From positions 1-64,000 of the forward strand of contig NIVC01004039.1 in the NCBI GenBank assembly GCA_002269645.1: a stretch of 64,000 nucleotides of DNA. The letters are read 5' to 3'. The notes beneath the pieces are model-generated. The model made no database searches. It was not told the DNA's origin and worked only from the letters and a program-made list of their open reading frames with translations. The position numbers and the translations under genes were made by a program. Origin of the DNA: Macrostomum lignano. Lineage: Eukaryota. Shown here one piece after another: positions 32,439 to 45,066 of this stretch. The number at the start of each line of letters is the position of its first letter. The first letter of the stretch is position 1.

Positions 32439-34312
32439 TGATGAGGACGCACTTTTATCCAAATTTCACGCTCGCACATGGGCTCCAAACTGGCTAGCCT
32501 ACTAACAGCAGGCTATGGGCATTTTTCTCCTTTTTTGTAATTTTTCTAGAATTCATACTAGTAGGACTTTTGTAGCTATATGAATCTGCCATACTTGTAG
32601 TTATAATGACATAGGCGCGATTTTTTGCTGCTTTTGGGGTCATAAATCATTGCTTTTGAGCTGGTCTGACAGCCACCTGCGCCTCACTCAGTGTTGAGGC
32701 TGGCGCCAAATGGTCTGAGAGGATGCGGGCGATAGCTTTTTCTCATCATTTTTGACAGGCCATCAGATTTATGAGATCAGGGCCTATTGTTCGTGTTCAC
32801 TCAAGCGTTTGACAGCTTTGACAGCTATGCGTTTTACCCCTAAAAGTACTTTGGGATTAGCGATTAGCGATTCCTCTTCACCATCTTCACTTTCTACTTA
32901 ATTAGAGCTTTCTAATGCATATTTTTCATTAATTTTTGTCATTCCTACGCGAAAGGTCATAAATCATTATGTAGCGATTTTGAGTGAGTTATGACTGCAC
33001 CTGGCGTATTTTTATGGCCTCGAGGGAACTGATAGGATCTTCTGGTCACGTGAGTTTGGGTGGCAACAAGCTCAGCCAATCAGAAAATTCGACGTCAGTT
33101 ATAACTCATAGCCATAACTTATAGCTCAGCCAATCAGCGTCGAGGTGTTCCATTATAACGAATTGCGGTCCAGTTGGCGGCTATTTAAATCGGTGTTTTT
33201 GGCCCGCTCGGACCTCAACCTCCTGGGACCTTGGCCTAACTTAGACCTCCCGGAGCTCGACCGTCGTCTCTTGATCCCCGGATCGCAACTTACCCCGTCA
33301 CCATCAAGGACGAATTCCCCCGGTCGTCAGCAGCGAACATCAAGGTTAAGATCATCACCTGCTAGCTATCTGCGAAGATTGTGACATCAGCATCATCCCG
33401 GGTCTACAGCTGCGAAGCACTAAGCCGATTCGGTCACTGTGGATTACCTGGTCTCCGGCTGTTGAGTTTCTGATTGGTTTGGTGAGAGGCTGCCTAGACT
33501 TGCTTGATTGGGTGATTCCTTATCTGTCCCCTATTTCAGTAGCTGGATTAGGCGCACACATTTGCTCATTTTGTTCAGTAGTGCTGTTGCTGAGGCAAAA
33601 GTCATTCAATAATACTGCTAGTAGTCTGAAACTCCAATTCAATCTGAAGTGTGAAGGGATTTAGTGAGAAGGTTAAATCTGACAGTTATTTTATCGGTTT
33701 TATTTCTTTATTCGCCTATGGCTCAGATGAGTAGCTCGGGTAATGAATCATGCGGTCTCTGAAGTTCGAGGTAGTCTATCATCAGCGCTACGAGAGGCTG
33801 GTTGGCGCGTTGAAAGCCAAAAGTACAACTCCTCGTATTTAGCTATGTATAGTACATGTAACTACCCCATAGTCTCGCCACTGCAAGAATCCCCTGCACA
33901 AGTCCCCTCTGTACCTGCATGGCCAATGCGATCTAGTCCCAGCAGTGTCCCTTATCATCGGCTATGACTTCGAGATTGACAGCTAAAAGGCACTAGTTGG
34001 CAGGTAAGTGCTAAGCCCCCTCTAGTCGGAAGCCCGATTTCGAAAGTTCCGGTTTGGTGAGCCAGGACGCAGGGGCTGGTGGCGGCGGGTTAGTTAATCT
34101 GCGGATTAGCTGATCTCTACCTTCAAAATTCTCCCTGCTTGTCTCTCGCTGTCCCTCTCTTAGCTATAGGACCTAGACTGCTCGCCACAGATCAAGCTAC
34201 CATGTGGCTGACCATCTGACAGGAGTGGGGGGCCAGGACTCTAATTGATTTATTTCTGAGACCTGAGGCCCGAAGGCTTCCACAAAGGAGCCGAAAAGGC
34301 CGAAACCCATCA
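32439..34312 (+). mobile_element. Solo LTR copy A (1874 bp), Ty3/Gypsy-like by TSD length
   Basis: Termini TGATG...CATCA; flanks AGAT/ATAT (4-bp TSD, 1 mismatch); CCAAT at 33076 and 33130, TATTTAAA at 33182; homologous to copy B at both ends; no PBS or PPT in the flanks. Confidence 0.8.
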
Positions 34313-34362
34313 ATATGAATGATGCAGCATTGCGAATTCGCATCATGATGCATGCACATGTA

Positions 34363-37300
34363 ACGAGGGGTGCGCAAAAAGTTTTGGCAACTGGGTTCCC
34401 AATTGCAGATAAATTGTTGGTACATCTTTAAACTCTAAAGTCCTACAATGTAATCACCGCCACGTTCTATGCATTTCTGATGACAATGGATCCATGCCTC
34501 GAAGGCAGCGGGGTATTCTGAAGCTGGCATGGTGTTCAGCTCTGAATTAATGCGGCGAGTCAGGTCTTGGGGCCGCTGAAAATGGCATCCAGCCATGCGT
34601 TCGGTCAGCTTTGGGAAGGCCCAGAAGCCGCAGGGCGCCAAGTCAGGACTGTATGAAGGGTGCGGTATCACCTTGAGCTTGTTATCGGCCAAAAAGCTCG
34701 TTGTCATGGCCGCAGTGTGGCTGGAGGCGTTGTCGTGGTGCAAGTGAATTCTGCCAAGGTTGGCTGCTTTTCCATGACTGAAGCCACGACTATAACCAAA
34801 CCTGGCCAGTAAGCACTGGAAAAGTGCTTACATCGCAGCGAAAACACTGCTGCCTCCTCTCGTCTAAAGGAAAAATAAAAAGAGCCGCCTGCGAACGCGT
34901 GATGCAGTTGACACGCTTTGCTTTGGGGGGCAGTATAGAATGTGGCATTCATGTTCTGTCCATTTGGCCCCATAACAACTGTCTCTGGCCCAGATGCTGA
35001 AAAAGATGACGAACATCTGCGTCCGTGAGCGAAAACCCAGGGCGCATAACAGTTGACGGTCTTCATCGGAACCAATCCAAACCAATTGTTTTGGTTATTG
35101 TTGGAAGTAGTAAAACCACTTCTCGTCACCAGTCACGACACCAGTAATTAGTCGCTTATTGTGCCACCTTCGCCGAAGCATCGCAGAAATTCTTGGCTGT
35201 GATGGGTTCGGCCTTTTTAAGCCTATAGCTTCGGGCCTCAGAACTCAGAAATGAATCACTTAGAACTCTGGCCTCTCACTCCTGTCAGATGGTCAGCCCC
35301 ATGGTAGCTAGACTGTGGGCGAGCAGCAAGGTCCTATAGCTAAGAGAAGACAGCGAGAGACAAGCAGGGAGAATTTGAAAGGTAGAGATTAGCTAATCCG
35401 CAGATTGACTAACCCGCTGCCACCAGTCCGTGCGCCCCGGCTCACCATACCGGAGCTATCGAAATCGGACTTCCGACTAGAGGGGAATTGAATTAACCTG
35501 CCATCTAGTGCCTTTTAGCTGTCTAAATCTCGAAGTCATAGCCGAATAGAAGGGACGCTGCTGGGACTAAGATCGCATTGGCCATGCAGGGACAGAGAGG
35601 ACTTCTGCAGGGGGTTCTTGCGCTGGCGACGAGCCTCTATACACTACTAACTGTACTATTTCTTTACCAAATTCCCAGAAGTACATGTATCAGTACACGC
35701 AACTGCACGCTTTTGGCACTAAATGTGTTAACATGTCGACAGATAGCGATGATGTAGATGTATTTGTTACTTTTGGAGACCTTCTGACTAATATTTATCT
35801 CGTTCTAGCCGCTTAGCTGCCTGCGACCACGCGAAAGCGCCAGTCTGGCACTTAATTCGCATGCTTATCATGATTTCTGAGAACGACTGATTGACTGAGA
35901 ACTGCGCCGCTTCCGGTCCACTCTGACCTCTGCCCCTAGATCTAGCCACTCATGTCAGCTGGTATTGCGAAAAAGAAAGAAAACATTAAGTCTTTAGCTT
36001 CCAGATTATTTAACTTTCTCACTTAATCCGCAATCCTAGACACTTTAGATTGAGTTAGAGCGATGGCTACTTTTAATATTAACTGACACTTCTGCCTCGA
36101 GTTTGGCACACAAAAGCAAGTAAGCAAAAGTGCAAATCCTATCAGACTACCTAGGAAGGGGTCAGACAAAGGGCGCACCCAGTTAAGCAGGTCAAGAAAG
36201 CCTCTCACCAAACCAATCAGAGGACCTATCTGCCGGTAGCCAAGGAATCCACAGAGACCGCAGCGCTCGGATGGGATGCTTAACTGACGAGTGCCGCCGG
36301 TACTCTTCATCTGCCGGTTGTCGTTGCTGCTCTTAGATCACTGCCGGGAAATATCGATGATGCTTCTCAGGGGGAACTTAGCTGCTGAAGCCGGAACGGC
36401 CGGGGGAAGGGGGACCAGACGTCGAAGACGCAGCAGATGCCGAAGGGGCCGTCTAAGACGGGGTTAGGACCGTGCAAGAAGGAAGGTCCAAGCCGGCCTT
36501 TTCGAGCGCGGGTCGAGTTGCCGCCTTTTATAGCTCTCATGCGGCCGATTTGTTATAACGCGCGCCGAATTTTCTGATTGGCTGAGAGCTTTTGATAAAA
36601 TAGGCGCCGAATTTTCTGATTGGTCGAGCCGGGGGCAGTCAGGTCGACTCTGATTGGCTGAGCTCAAGACCCCAAAACCCACCCTACCAGGTGGCCTTCA
36701 GACCCCAGGGAAGATGACAGGTGCGGTCATAAATCATGCGCAAAACATAATAAATGTCACTTGTCTAGACATCCTGGCGCCAAAAGTGACAGCAAAACAC
36801 CCATAAATTAAAAGAAAAAGTAACAGAGCGAGTGGGGAGAAAGCTGGAAAGACCTCTTTGACCCAGACAGGCTGGAGCCAAAAGTGACAGCTAGACCGCC
36901 ATAAATCAATGAAAACAGTGAAAAAGCCGCAAATCTGGGGGTCAGAATGGGGTTGAAACCATTCCTTCCAGACTTAGTGTCGCCCGTCTAGACTGCTAGA
37001 GGTCAATCCGTCGTCTCAAACCCAGACAGTCTGACCTTCAAAGATGCGTAAACAATCCAAAATTAGAATCCTAAGAGAAGTACATTAAGTATTCATCATA
37101 ATTAATAGTGATGGCATAAATTAGTGTAGAACTTACTGGTAGCCTGGATGAGAGAATGGAGAGAGATTCCTAAGCTAGCCTACTGACAGTAGGGGAAAAG
37201 CGCATCGAAGCGAAATGTGCGGTTTTAAGATTGCAAAAAGATGCGTCCTCATCAGCTGCATCGAACCCTCTCCTGCTTCTGCTCTGCTATGAGTGCATGA

Positions 37301-37873
37301 GGCACCCAACGGGCTGTGACCTTGTGGAGGCCAAGATGGTCATGCAGGATGGTTCGGACACTGCCATCAGAAATGCCGATTGTCTGGCTAAGTAAGTGCA
37401 ACGGTGATCGGTGATATTGTTGCGATCTTTGTCCACCAGCTGTTGCACATCTACATGTACATGTTCTGCTGCTCGATCAATGATTGGCCTCCCAGAACGA
37501 CGGCTGTAGGTCATGGAGCGTCGACCAGCACTGACCAATTCAATCCTACGGTCGACGGTATAAAGCTGGGGCCTGATCTGCTACAACTTTGGACTAGCTC
37601 GGCATTTTGGTGGCGTTTTCTCCAAGCTGCGATCGCTTGAAAACATAAAATCTCCACAGATCAGCAGTGATATTTTCCATTTGAAGGCTGAAAACGAGAC
37701 TGTACGTTAATCAAAATGCTCTAGGAAACGAAAAAATCCGTGGAATGAGCTGAAAAATTATGAACAAACGCAAAATTATTACTCATTTCATGAGATAAAA
37801 AAACGGTTGCATTTATAAACATTATTTAAAAAGTTATGAGCTGCAGTTGCCTAAACTTTTTGCGCACCCCTCC
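34363..37873 (-). mobile_element. Decayed mariner (Tc1/mariner) transposon, split by LTR copy B; ~1.45 kb when rejoined
   Basis: ~30-bp TIRs cgaggggtgcgcaaaaagttttggcaactg (34364) and its reverse complement ending 37873, with TA at the flanks. Transposase motifs RSGRP, WVPHAL (N-half 37259-37680), VTGDEKW, HHDNA, YSPDLAPC (C-half 34435-35199). Frameshifted; third catalytic Asp replaced (CGF). Confidence 0.93.
35200..37254 (-). mobile_element. Solo LTR copy B (2055 bp) inserted into the mariner transposase
   Basis: Termini TGATG...CATCA; perfect 4-bp TSD GCTG (35196-35199 and 37255-37258). Removing it rejoins ...RVRCS|QEFLR.... Three CCAAT boxes (36577-36656) and TATAAAAG (36525-36532) on the minus strand. 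Confidence 0.9.
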
Positions 37874-38876
37874 TAGCGTAGTCGCACTGGTTTCTCAAAT
37901 ATCAGTTGCTGCATGATAGCTTGATGCGGTTGGTTTTGATTTTTTTGTGATTGATCCTACTAATCTAAACTGTATGCATGGGGCTGTGTGGGCGGTGATT
38001 ACTTATAATACGCGAACTGTGAATTTTGAATTGTGATAAATGGTACATACGAGCTCGTATTTACATTATATACAGATATTGAAAGTTAAACAAGTTAAAA
38101 AGAGTCACATGAAATTAAATTGCTCCAAGGGTGTAGCAGCGCCCTTAGTCCGCACTTTAGCCGCCATTTTGTACCTATTACGAGTACAGTCTTCCATTAT
38201 CAAATAACCCTACGAACATATAGCTATTTAAAAGTGCGCTGTTGTTTTAAGCCTTAAATGTATTAATTGTATTTTATTATGAACTTTTTATACATAATTA
38301 TTGTTATACCAAAAAATGTTTTTTAGTATTCAAAAATATTTTCTTGTAGTCACGAGGCCTGCCTGCTTCTTTTATATTTGAACATTTATATTTGAACATG
38401 TTGTAAAGGGCCCCGACCTCTCGCTCTCATACCTCGAAAACAAGTTAATGTAAACCTATTCTACGCGACTGTATAAATATATTAACTAAAGTTTTTTTAC
38501 TGAATATTTAAACCTATAATTCAAATTTAGGATCCTAAATATCATATCCTAGAGACTAGAGTACAAGAAATACCTAATAAAGGTTGGAATTCTAATCATA
38601 ATATTATAGTAATTAGTAACATTATATAATTAATTAATTATAAAAATAATTAAACAAACAAAATATAACAAGCTTATTAAAGTATAAACTAGGCCTAGTA
38701 AATTAGGCCTAATTATTAAGATTTGTGCAAGGTTAAACTATTGACAAGTCTTAAAAACAGTAATATATTGGCCCTATAGTATAAAATAGGTAATCTAATA
38801 ATAAAATAGGGCCTATCCCTATAGAATTTTTTTAATTTAATTTAAAAGTAGGCCTATGAATATATAAAGCCAATGC

Positions 38877-39800
38877 TAGGGATGCCAATTCTGATTATTC
38901 TATTAACTAGTTAACCGAAAAACCAGTTTTGGCCCCAGTTTTGGCCCCACAAAAAACCAGGTTTGGTTTTGGTCTGATTTTTTTCACTTATTTTTTATGT
39001 TTTTGTATCATTATATTGCATGTTGTAATTAAAACAAACTATTTCTATATATAGATTTGTATTCAACCCTAATTTACGATTTATAGATTACAATACAAAT
39101 CACAATTTGTAGATAAAATATGTAATATAAAAAGGAATAAGACCTAATCTAATAATCATATCAATCAAATGAACAAAGCAATATGAAATATATCTATTTT
39201 AATATCAAATTATTAACTATTACTTATTGTCATTATTAAATATAATTTTGTTATATGGTTAGATTCTGATTTGATACTTGAACTGACTATGAACTATTAA
39301 GTCTGTGTTGTGTATAGCATACTACATGTTGTTGAAAACTTAAAAGTAAATTTTCTAATTTTTTAAGCAAATTCATTATAATATTATTTATATGGCCTTT
39401 AAACAGTATAATTTCTATTGATAATGAGATAATAAGATAAATCAAGAAAGCAAAGCATGTGTATTAATGCACTAATTTACTTTTTCCAATTAGGGCCTAT
39501 TATCCCATTTTATCTGTTTGCATAGGAAAAAAACTGCCAACCTTAACAAAATTTCCAATCAAAAATGAATAATAAATTGAATGCATCCTTCATTTGGTGA
39601 TAGACAAGTATGCTAAAAAAAGAAAATATGATACAAAATCAATTTCAAGCATATTTTTATGGTGCAAGCATGCTAAATGACCTTTTTGAGTTGTTTGGCA
39701 GCAAAAACTAGTATAAACTGGTTTTAAAACCTGTTTTGGCCAAAAACCAGGTAAAACCAATTAACCAGTTCCACAAAATTGATGGTTTTTGGCATCCCTA
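38877..39800. mobile_element. Putative hAT-family non-autonomous element (924 bp)
   Basis: 11-bp TIR TAGGGATGCCA / TGGCATCCCTA, resembling Ac/Ds termini; subterminal aaaaccag/ctggtttt motifs; degenerate 8-bp TSD gccaatgc / atcagtgc. Confidence 0.6.
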
Positions 39801-40404
39801 ATCAGTGCCAAAGGACTTGCTTAGGTCTTTGAGGGTTAATAAGGTCTATCCTAGGCCTACTCTTTAGTCTTATAACTATAAGCATATAATTATAAATATA
39901 TATAAAATCAAAGTTTTTTTATTTATTAGTATATTTATTAAGATTAAATATTTTTTTAGATTTGTTCTTGTAGCATAAAAGCAGCAAAAAGCTTATTAAG
40001 ATATTTTAATTAAAAATATACCTATTAAGACAAGACTTATAACTTATGGTTTATAAAGCTATAAGCTATTGTTATTAAAACTTACAGATTTTGAACCCAT
40101 TGAATTCTAATCCTTAGAACTATTTTTGCATATATTCTATTTTTGCATATATTCTTATATATATATTTGCATATATATATAAGAAAAATATTCTTATATT
40201 TTTGAATATATTCTTGCATATATTCTTTTGCATATATATTTTATAAGTCATAATCAAACAAATACTTGCTATTAGTAAAGATAAATATAAATATAATAGA
40301 AGTAAATTTGTATTAAATTAAAGTTTGAGATTAGCATTGATCTTGTTAGTTGGTTGAAACTTGAATGATTTATGATAGGCAATTTCTATCTAAAGCATGC
40401 ATTG

Positions 40405-40738
40405 ACAAACTCTGATCTTTGGCTTTTGCTTCTCTCTCTATCCCTTAGGTCCTTTGAAACCTTTCTTATCTCTCATCTTTTATCTCTTATTTCTTGATTA
40501 TTTTCTCTTTCCTCTCTTCTTCCCTTCTCTCTATCTTGTCTCTGATCTCTGATCTCTTTTCTCTTCTTTTATTACTGCTTTCTTATCTCTTCTAATTCCT
40601 TTTTTTCTTTTTCTTCTCATCTCTTCTCTCCTCTTATCTTCTCTCTACTCTTCTATTGTCTCTTGTCTCTCTAAACTACTCTTTCCTACCTTCTCTCTAT
40701 TCTCCTCTCTTATCTAATCTCTACTCTCCTATTCATAC
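40405..40738. repeat. Polypyrimidine (CT-rich) low-complexity tract
   Basis: The plus strand is almost purely C/T with sparse A. Confidence 0.85.
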
Positions 40739-40740
40739 AT

Positions 40741-40893
40741 GCACAACCTTGGGATTCACCCAGCCATTTCTATTGGCAACACACATGTAAGTTGCTATTG
40801 GCTGAGAGCAGTCACGTGACTATTATTCCGTCCAATAGTGACTTACATGTGTGTGTGCCAATAGAAACGGCCAGGTGAATCCCTAGGTTGCGC
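40741..40893. repeat. 153-bp foldback / MITE-like inverted repeat
   Basis: ~61-bp arms (gcacaaccttgggattcacc...ctattgg and ccaatag...ggtgaatccctaggttgcgc) around a central palindrome AGTCACGTGACT. Confidence 0.85.
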
Positions 40894-41525
40894 CCAAGCA
40901 TGCTCCTATTTATCATCTCTCATACACGCACAACTGCTAGCCAATCTGGCCACCATTATTGTGGTGGACCATAAGTAAGTTGCAGAAATGTCCACCCAAA
41001 GAATATGGAAGTAGTAGTAGTACTAATTAGATGAAGAAGCATTTAGCCTTTATTCTGGCCAGATAAGGGAAGGAGACAGGCGGAGGTTGGGGTGGCTGTC
41101 TCGATGACAAAAAACAGACTAACTTTAAAAGTGAATGGCGCCATTCAGAATTAAGTTTGAGACTCGAAATTGTACACGATTGTGTCAAAGTAGTTGATTG
41201 TTTGTGTCAAATTTGAAGAGGATTGGTAAAAGTGAAGCAATGATATTGACGATTTAGTAAAAAACCTGTTTTGAGCAGTTTTTTGCACTTTTAGGTAAGT
41301 TTAAAGGTAGCCTAAGATATTCTCCGTAGTGAGTTTAGGATGGGTGCAAAATGTGGTGTAATTTGGTTGAGCGGTTTGGGAGTCCATAGCGAACAAATTT
41401 GTCCACAGACACAGAGTTTTCATTTTTATAGGTAGAGAAGCTAGTACAATGCTATGCTTTCAGTTCAATTTTTATAGATTATTACAATAGATTCTATACA
41501 TAATTAGCTTTTGCCTAAAACTTTG

Positions 41526-44380
41526 ATGATACAGCTTAGTAACCAGACTACAGAGGGAGGAGCGTGTCTGCTCACTGCTGTGCAGGACTCACTGCGCAGG
41601 GCTGGCTGCAGTAATGGCTCAATCAGCGGCCCAAGCACCTCCCGAGTTCGAAACCCGCTGATTGGCCACCTGCTAGAGCAGCGGCTAGAGTTTGTTCCAT
41701 CGCCTGGCAACTGGGATGCTAAGGTGCTTGAGAAACTAAAACAGCTTGGCGCTACAATACTGACTACTGCAGCAGTTCCTGCTGTGCCGCCTGCTCAACT
41801 ACTGAGCAGCAAAGATTGCCAGGCTGTTAGCGAGGCTCCTAAGAAGCTAGCACAGCCAGTGCAGAAGTCGGACGCCAAGAAGCCGCAGTTCAGTTTTGCT
41901 TCTGTGCAGCTCGACCGGCCCTACCATGGCCAGCCCTGCGGATTCGCCAACGAGGGCAACTATTGCTACATGATCTCAGTGCTGCAGGCGCTCATTCACA
42001 CCGCTCCGTTTGTCAACTTTGCCTGCGAGCACCGGACCGTATCGGCCTGTCGTCAGGTGGACAATCGCGGCCTGTTTAACCAGCATGGGCAACGGCAACA
42101 TCCGGGACACCAGCAGCGGCAGCATCAGCCGGCTCGCTGGTGCGCAGTCTGCGAGCTGGCCGCCTATGCCCAGCGACCAAGCGGCAGCGGCGCCGTCTAT
42201 CCTCGCGCATTCATGGCCAAAGTGACCACCGTGTCGCCAACTTTGCGCCCAAATCGGCAAGAGGACGCGCACGAATTCATGCGCTGCCTGCTGGACTATA
42301 TGGAGCGCAATTGCGGCGGGGATAAGCGCCGATCAGCCGGCTCGCCAGCTGGTCCGATCCGGGTGCTGTTTGGCGGCCGGCTGAAGTCCTCGGTGCTGTG
42401 CACCAGGTGCGGCACAGAGTCGCGCACATTTGAAGACTTCATGGACCTCAGCCTGTGCATCCAGTACAGCTCCAGCCTGGCTGACTGTCTGCGCAAATTC
42501 GTGTCCCCGGATCTGCTCAAAGATTCCAACGCTTATAAATGTGAGAAATGCCGGACTAAAGTGACTGCTAAGAAAAGTTTCAGCATTGCGTCTGGCCCGC
42601 CAATATTAACAGTGCAGCTGAACCGATTCCAGTGGGGCCATAGCAACAAGATCAGCCGGTTCGTGCAGTTCCCCCTCAGCATCGATCTCAGGCCGTACAT
42701 GTCCAAGCCTGGCCGCCCTGTGCACTACGAACTCTACGCGTTGGTTATTCACCAGGGCTCCAGCACCAAGTTCGGGCATTATTATTGTTACGCTAAACGC
42801 GGCAACGCCTGGTGGTCGTTAAATGATTCCTGCGTCGATCGAATCAACGAGTCGCGTGTACTGCAGTCTTGCCCCTATATTCTGCTGTACAAACGGACCG
42901 ATTTGAGTCCCCTGATTGAGTCGTCCACCGTTGCTTCCGCTGCGGCTTCCAGTAACCTGTCTGTTGGAGACGCTAATTCTCTATCCTCGCCGGTTGCCAT
43001 GGCGACTGGCGGCATTACTAAAAGCCAATCGCTTGTCAAGCCAAAACTGGAATCTGCCAACTCGATTGCTATGGCAACAGGAAATGATTCATTTTCTCCA
43101 AAGCGCGCCAAGTACGATCTCACACCCTCCAACTCGGTTGCCATGGTAACCGGCAACGGTCCTTCAGGTCTGTCACAGACGAAGAACCATCAGACATCTA
43201 GCTTGGTTGCCATGGTAACCGGTAACGGTCCTGTAGGCCTGTCGCAGGCTAAGCACAAGCAGGCGCCCTCAAATTCGGTTGCCATGGTAACCGGTAACGG
43301 TCCACAAAGCTTGTCGAGTACTATGTCGCAACCGAAACTTAGTAACGGGCCTCAAAGCCAAGCGCATGCCAAACCCAGATCAGGATCTGCCAATGCGGTT
43401 GCCATGGTAACAGGCAACGGTCCGCTATCCCCGGGGCATACCAAACCAAAACCTACATCTGCTGCTGAGACAACCGTCAACGGGCCGCTAAGCCTATCCA
43501 GCTCTAAGCCACAACCGATGCAGCAACTAGCTCACGGCACCAAAGTTGCCATGGCAGCAGCAGCAGCCGGCTGTCAGCAGATGCGAAACAAGCCTAACAA
43601 AGAGCTGCGCCAATTGATGTCTGCCAGTCCGCGGCGCCCCGACCCGCTTCCGTGGAGCGCTAATTCCTCGCCACAGAAATCGGAGTCTCTGATTCCCAAT
43701 GGTGTGTCCATTAACGGCAGGAAGCGGAAAGTCAGCGACAGTCAATCTTCGGCCAGTTCGTCCCTGTGCGATCAGGTTTGTCTGTTTATTTATTATTGGT
43801 AGACAAACAAACACTATTATAGCGTTATAGGAAATGTTTTGTATATGCTGGAAATAGAATATACCGATAGAAATATGCCTTACCCACTTACTCAGTGAAT
43901 TAGCTATCCGCGACCAACTTTGCTTTACCTTTGCATAAATGCCGTCGGTGATAACCCACTGGGCTAAGCAACCCCAATATATTGCCAATTACTAATAGTA
44001 GAAATGAAAAAAGGGACATTATTGAGGATTGGGAAATGTATTTAAAAATTTCTAGGCTTGTATTTTTTTTCTCCATGGAATATTACTAATGGCGAGATCT
44101 ACTTACAGTACGGTTTGATCAAAGTTATTGTGGGGTTTTTTAGCTATAGGTTTACTGTTGATTAGTAGCATATAATGTAAAAATTATAATTCAGAAATGT
44201 GATAAAAAATTCTCTTTGCAGCTGTCCGCCCAAAACCAATCTGAGCTGGACAACAAAAAGCGAAAGAAAAAAGAAGCCAAACGCAAGCTCAAACTGTTGA
44301 AGCTGCAGCAGAGCTCTGGCAGTGCTGCCAGTCTTGCGAATGGAATCGATTCAGTGGTGTGCAACGGGCACGTCGACTGA
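41526..44380 (+). CDS. USP36: Ubiquitin-specific protease, USP36/USP42 family; start codon tentative
   Basis: Exons ~41526-43775 and 44222-44380 (phase 0). LLEQRLEFVP..LEKLK family motif, Cys box GFANEGNYCYMISVLQAL, QEDAHEF, His box HQGSSTKFGHYYCY...NDS, basic C-terminal KKRKKKEAKRK. Confidence 0.88.
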
Positions 44381-44527
44381 GTGTTTTTGTTTGCTTCAAT
44401 AGTTTTCACATCTTGGACAATTATTTATTTTCATTTGAACATACTCGTCTTCCTTGATTGCAAAACATCAATTAATAAACACTAATTAATACAGCAATGA
44501 TCTAGACAAATTCTGTTCACTCTCCGG

Positions 44528-45066
44528 CTGCCTCCAGCCAGCCGAACCCCCACCCCACTCCCAATGTACACTGCCTCCAGCCAGCCGAACCCCAACCCCA
44601 CTCCCAATGTACACTGCCTCCAGCCAGCCGAACCCCCACCCCACTCCCAATGTACACTCCCTCCAGCCAGCCGAACCCCCACCCCACTCCTAATGTACAC
44701 TGCCTCCAGCCAGCCGAACCCCCACCCCACTCCCAATGTACACTGCCTCCAGCCATGGCCGAACCCCAACCCCACTCCCAATGTACACTGCCTCCAGCCA
44801 GCCGAACCCCCACTTCACTCCCAATGTACACTGCCTCCAGCCATGGCCGAACCCCACTTCACTCCCAATGTACACTGCCTCCAGCCATGGCCGAACCCCA
44901 ACCCCACTCCCAATGTACACTGCCTCCAGCCATGGCCGAACCCCAACCCCACTCCCAATGTACACTGCTTCCAGCCATGGCCGAACCCCAACCCCACTCC
45001 CAATGTACACTGCCTCCAGCCATGGCCGAACCCCAACCCCACTCCCAATGTACACTGCTTCCAGTC
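44528..45066. repeat. 43-45-bp minisatellite 3' of the USP stop, ~12 copies
   Basis: Unit ccagcc(atg)gccgaaccccaaccccactcccaatgtacactgcct. Confidence 0.95.

Noticed and set aside
34255-34312. Hammerhead-ribozyme-like string tgaggcc...ggccgaaac at the LTR 3' end
   Set aside because: The required CUGANGA core is absent in both LTR copies (ctgagac, ctgagtt).
34435-34743. Active or domesticated mariner transposase
   Set aside because: It has frameshifts and stops, the third catalytic Asp is lost, and the ORF is interrupted by a 2-kb LTR.
37685-37700. 15-nt match tcagccttcaaatgg between the mariner 5' region and 59817
   Set aside because: Several matches of this length are expected by chance in a 64-kb two-strand comparison.
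44690-45066. CCATGG-containing repeat as a third X-box array
   Set aside because: The flanks (agccatggccga) lack the GTN and AAC half-sites.
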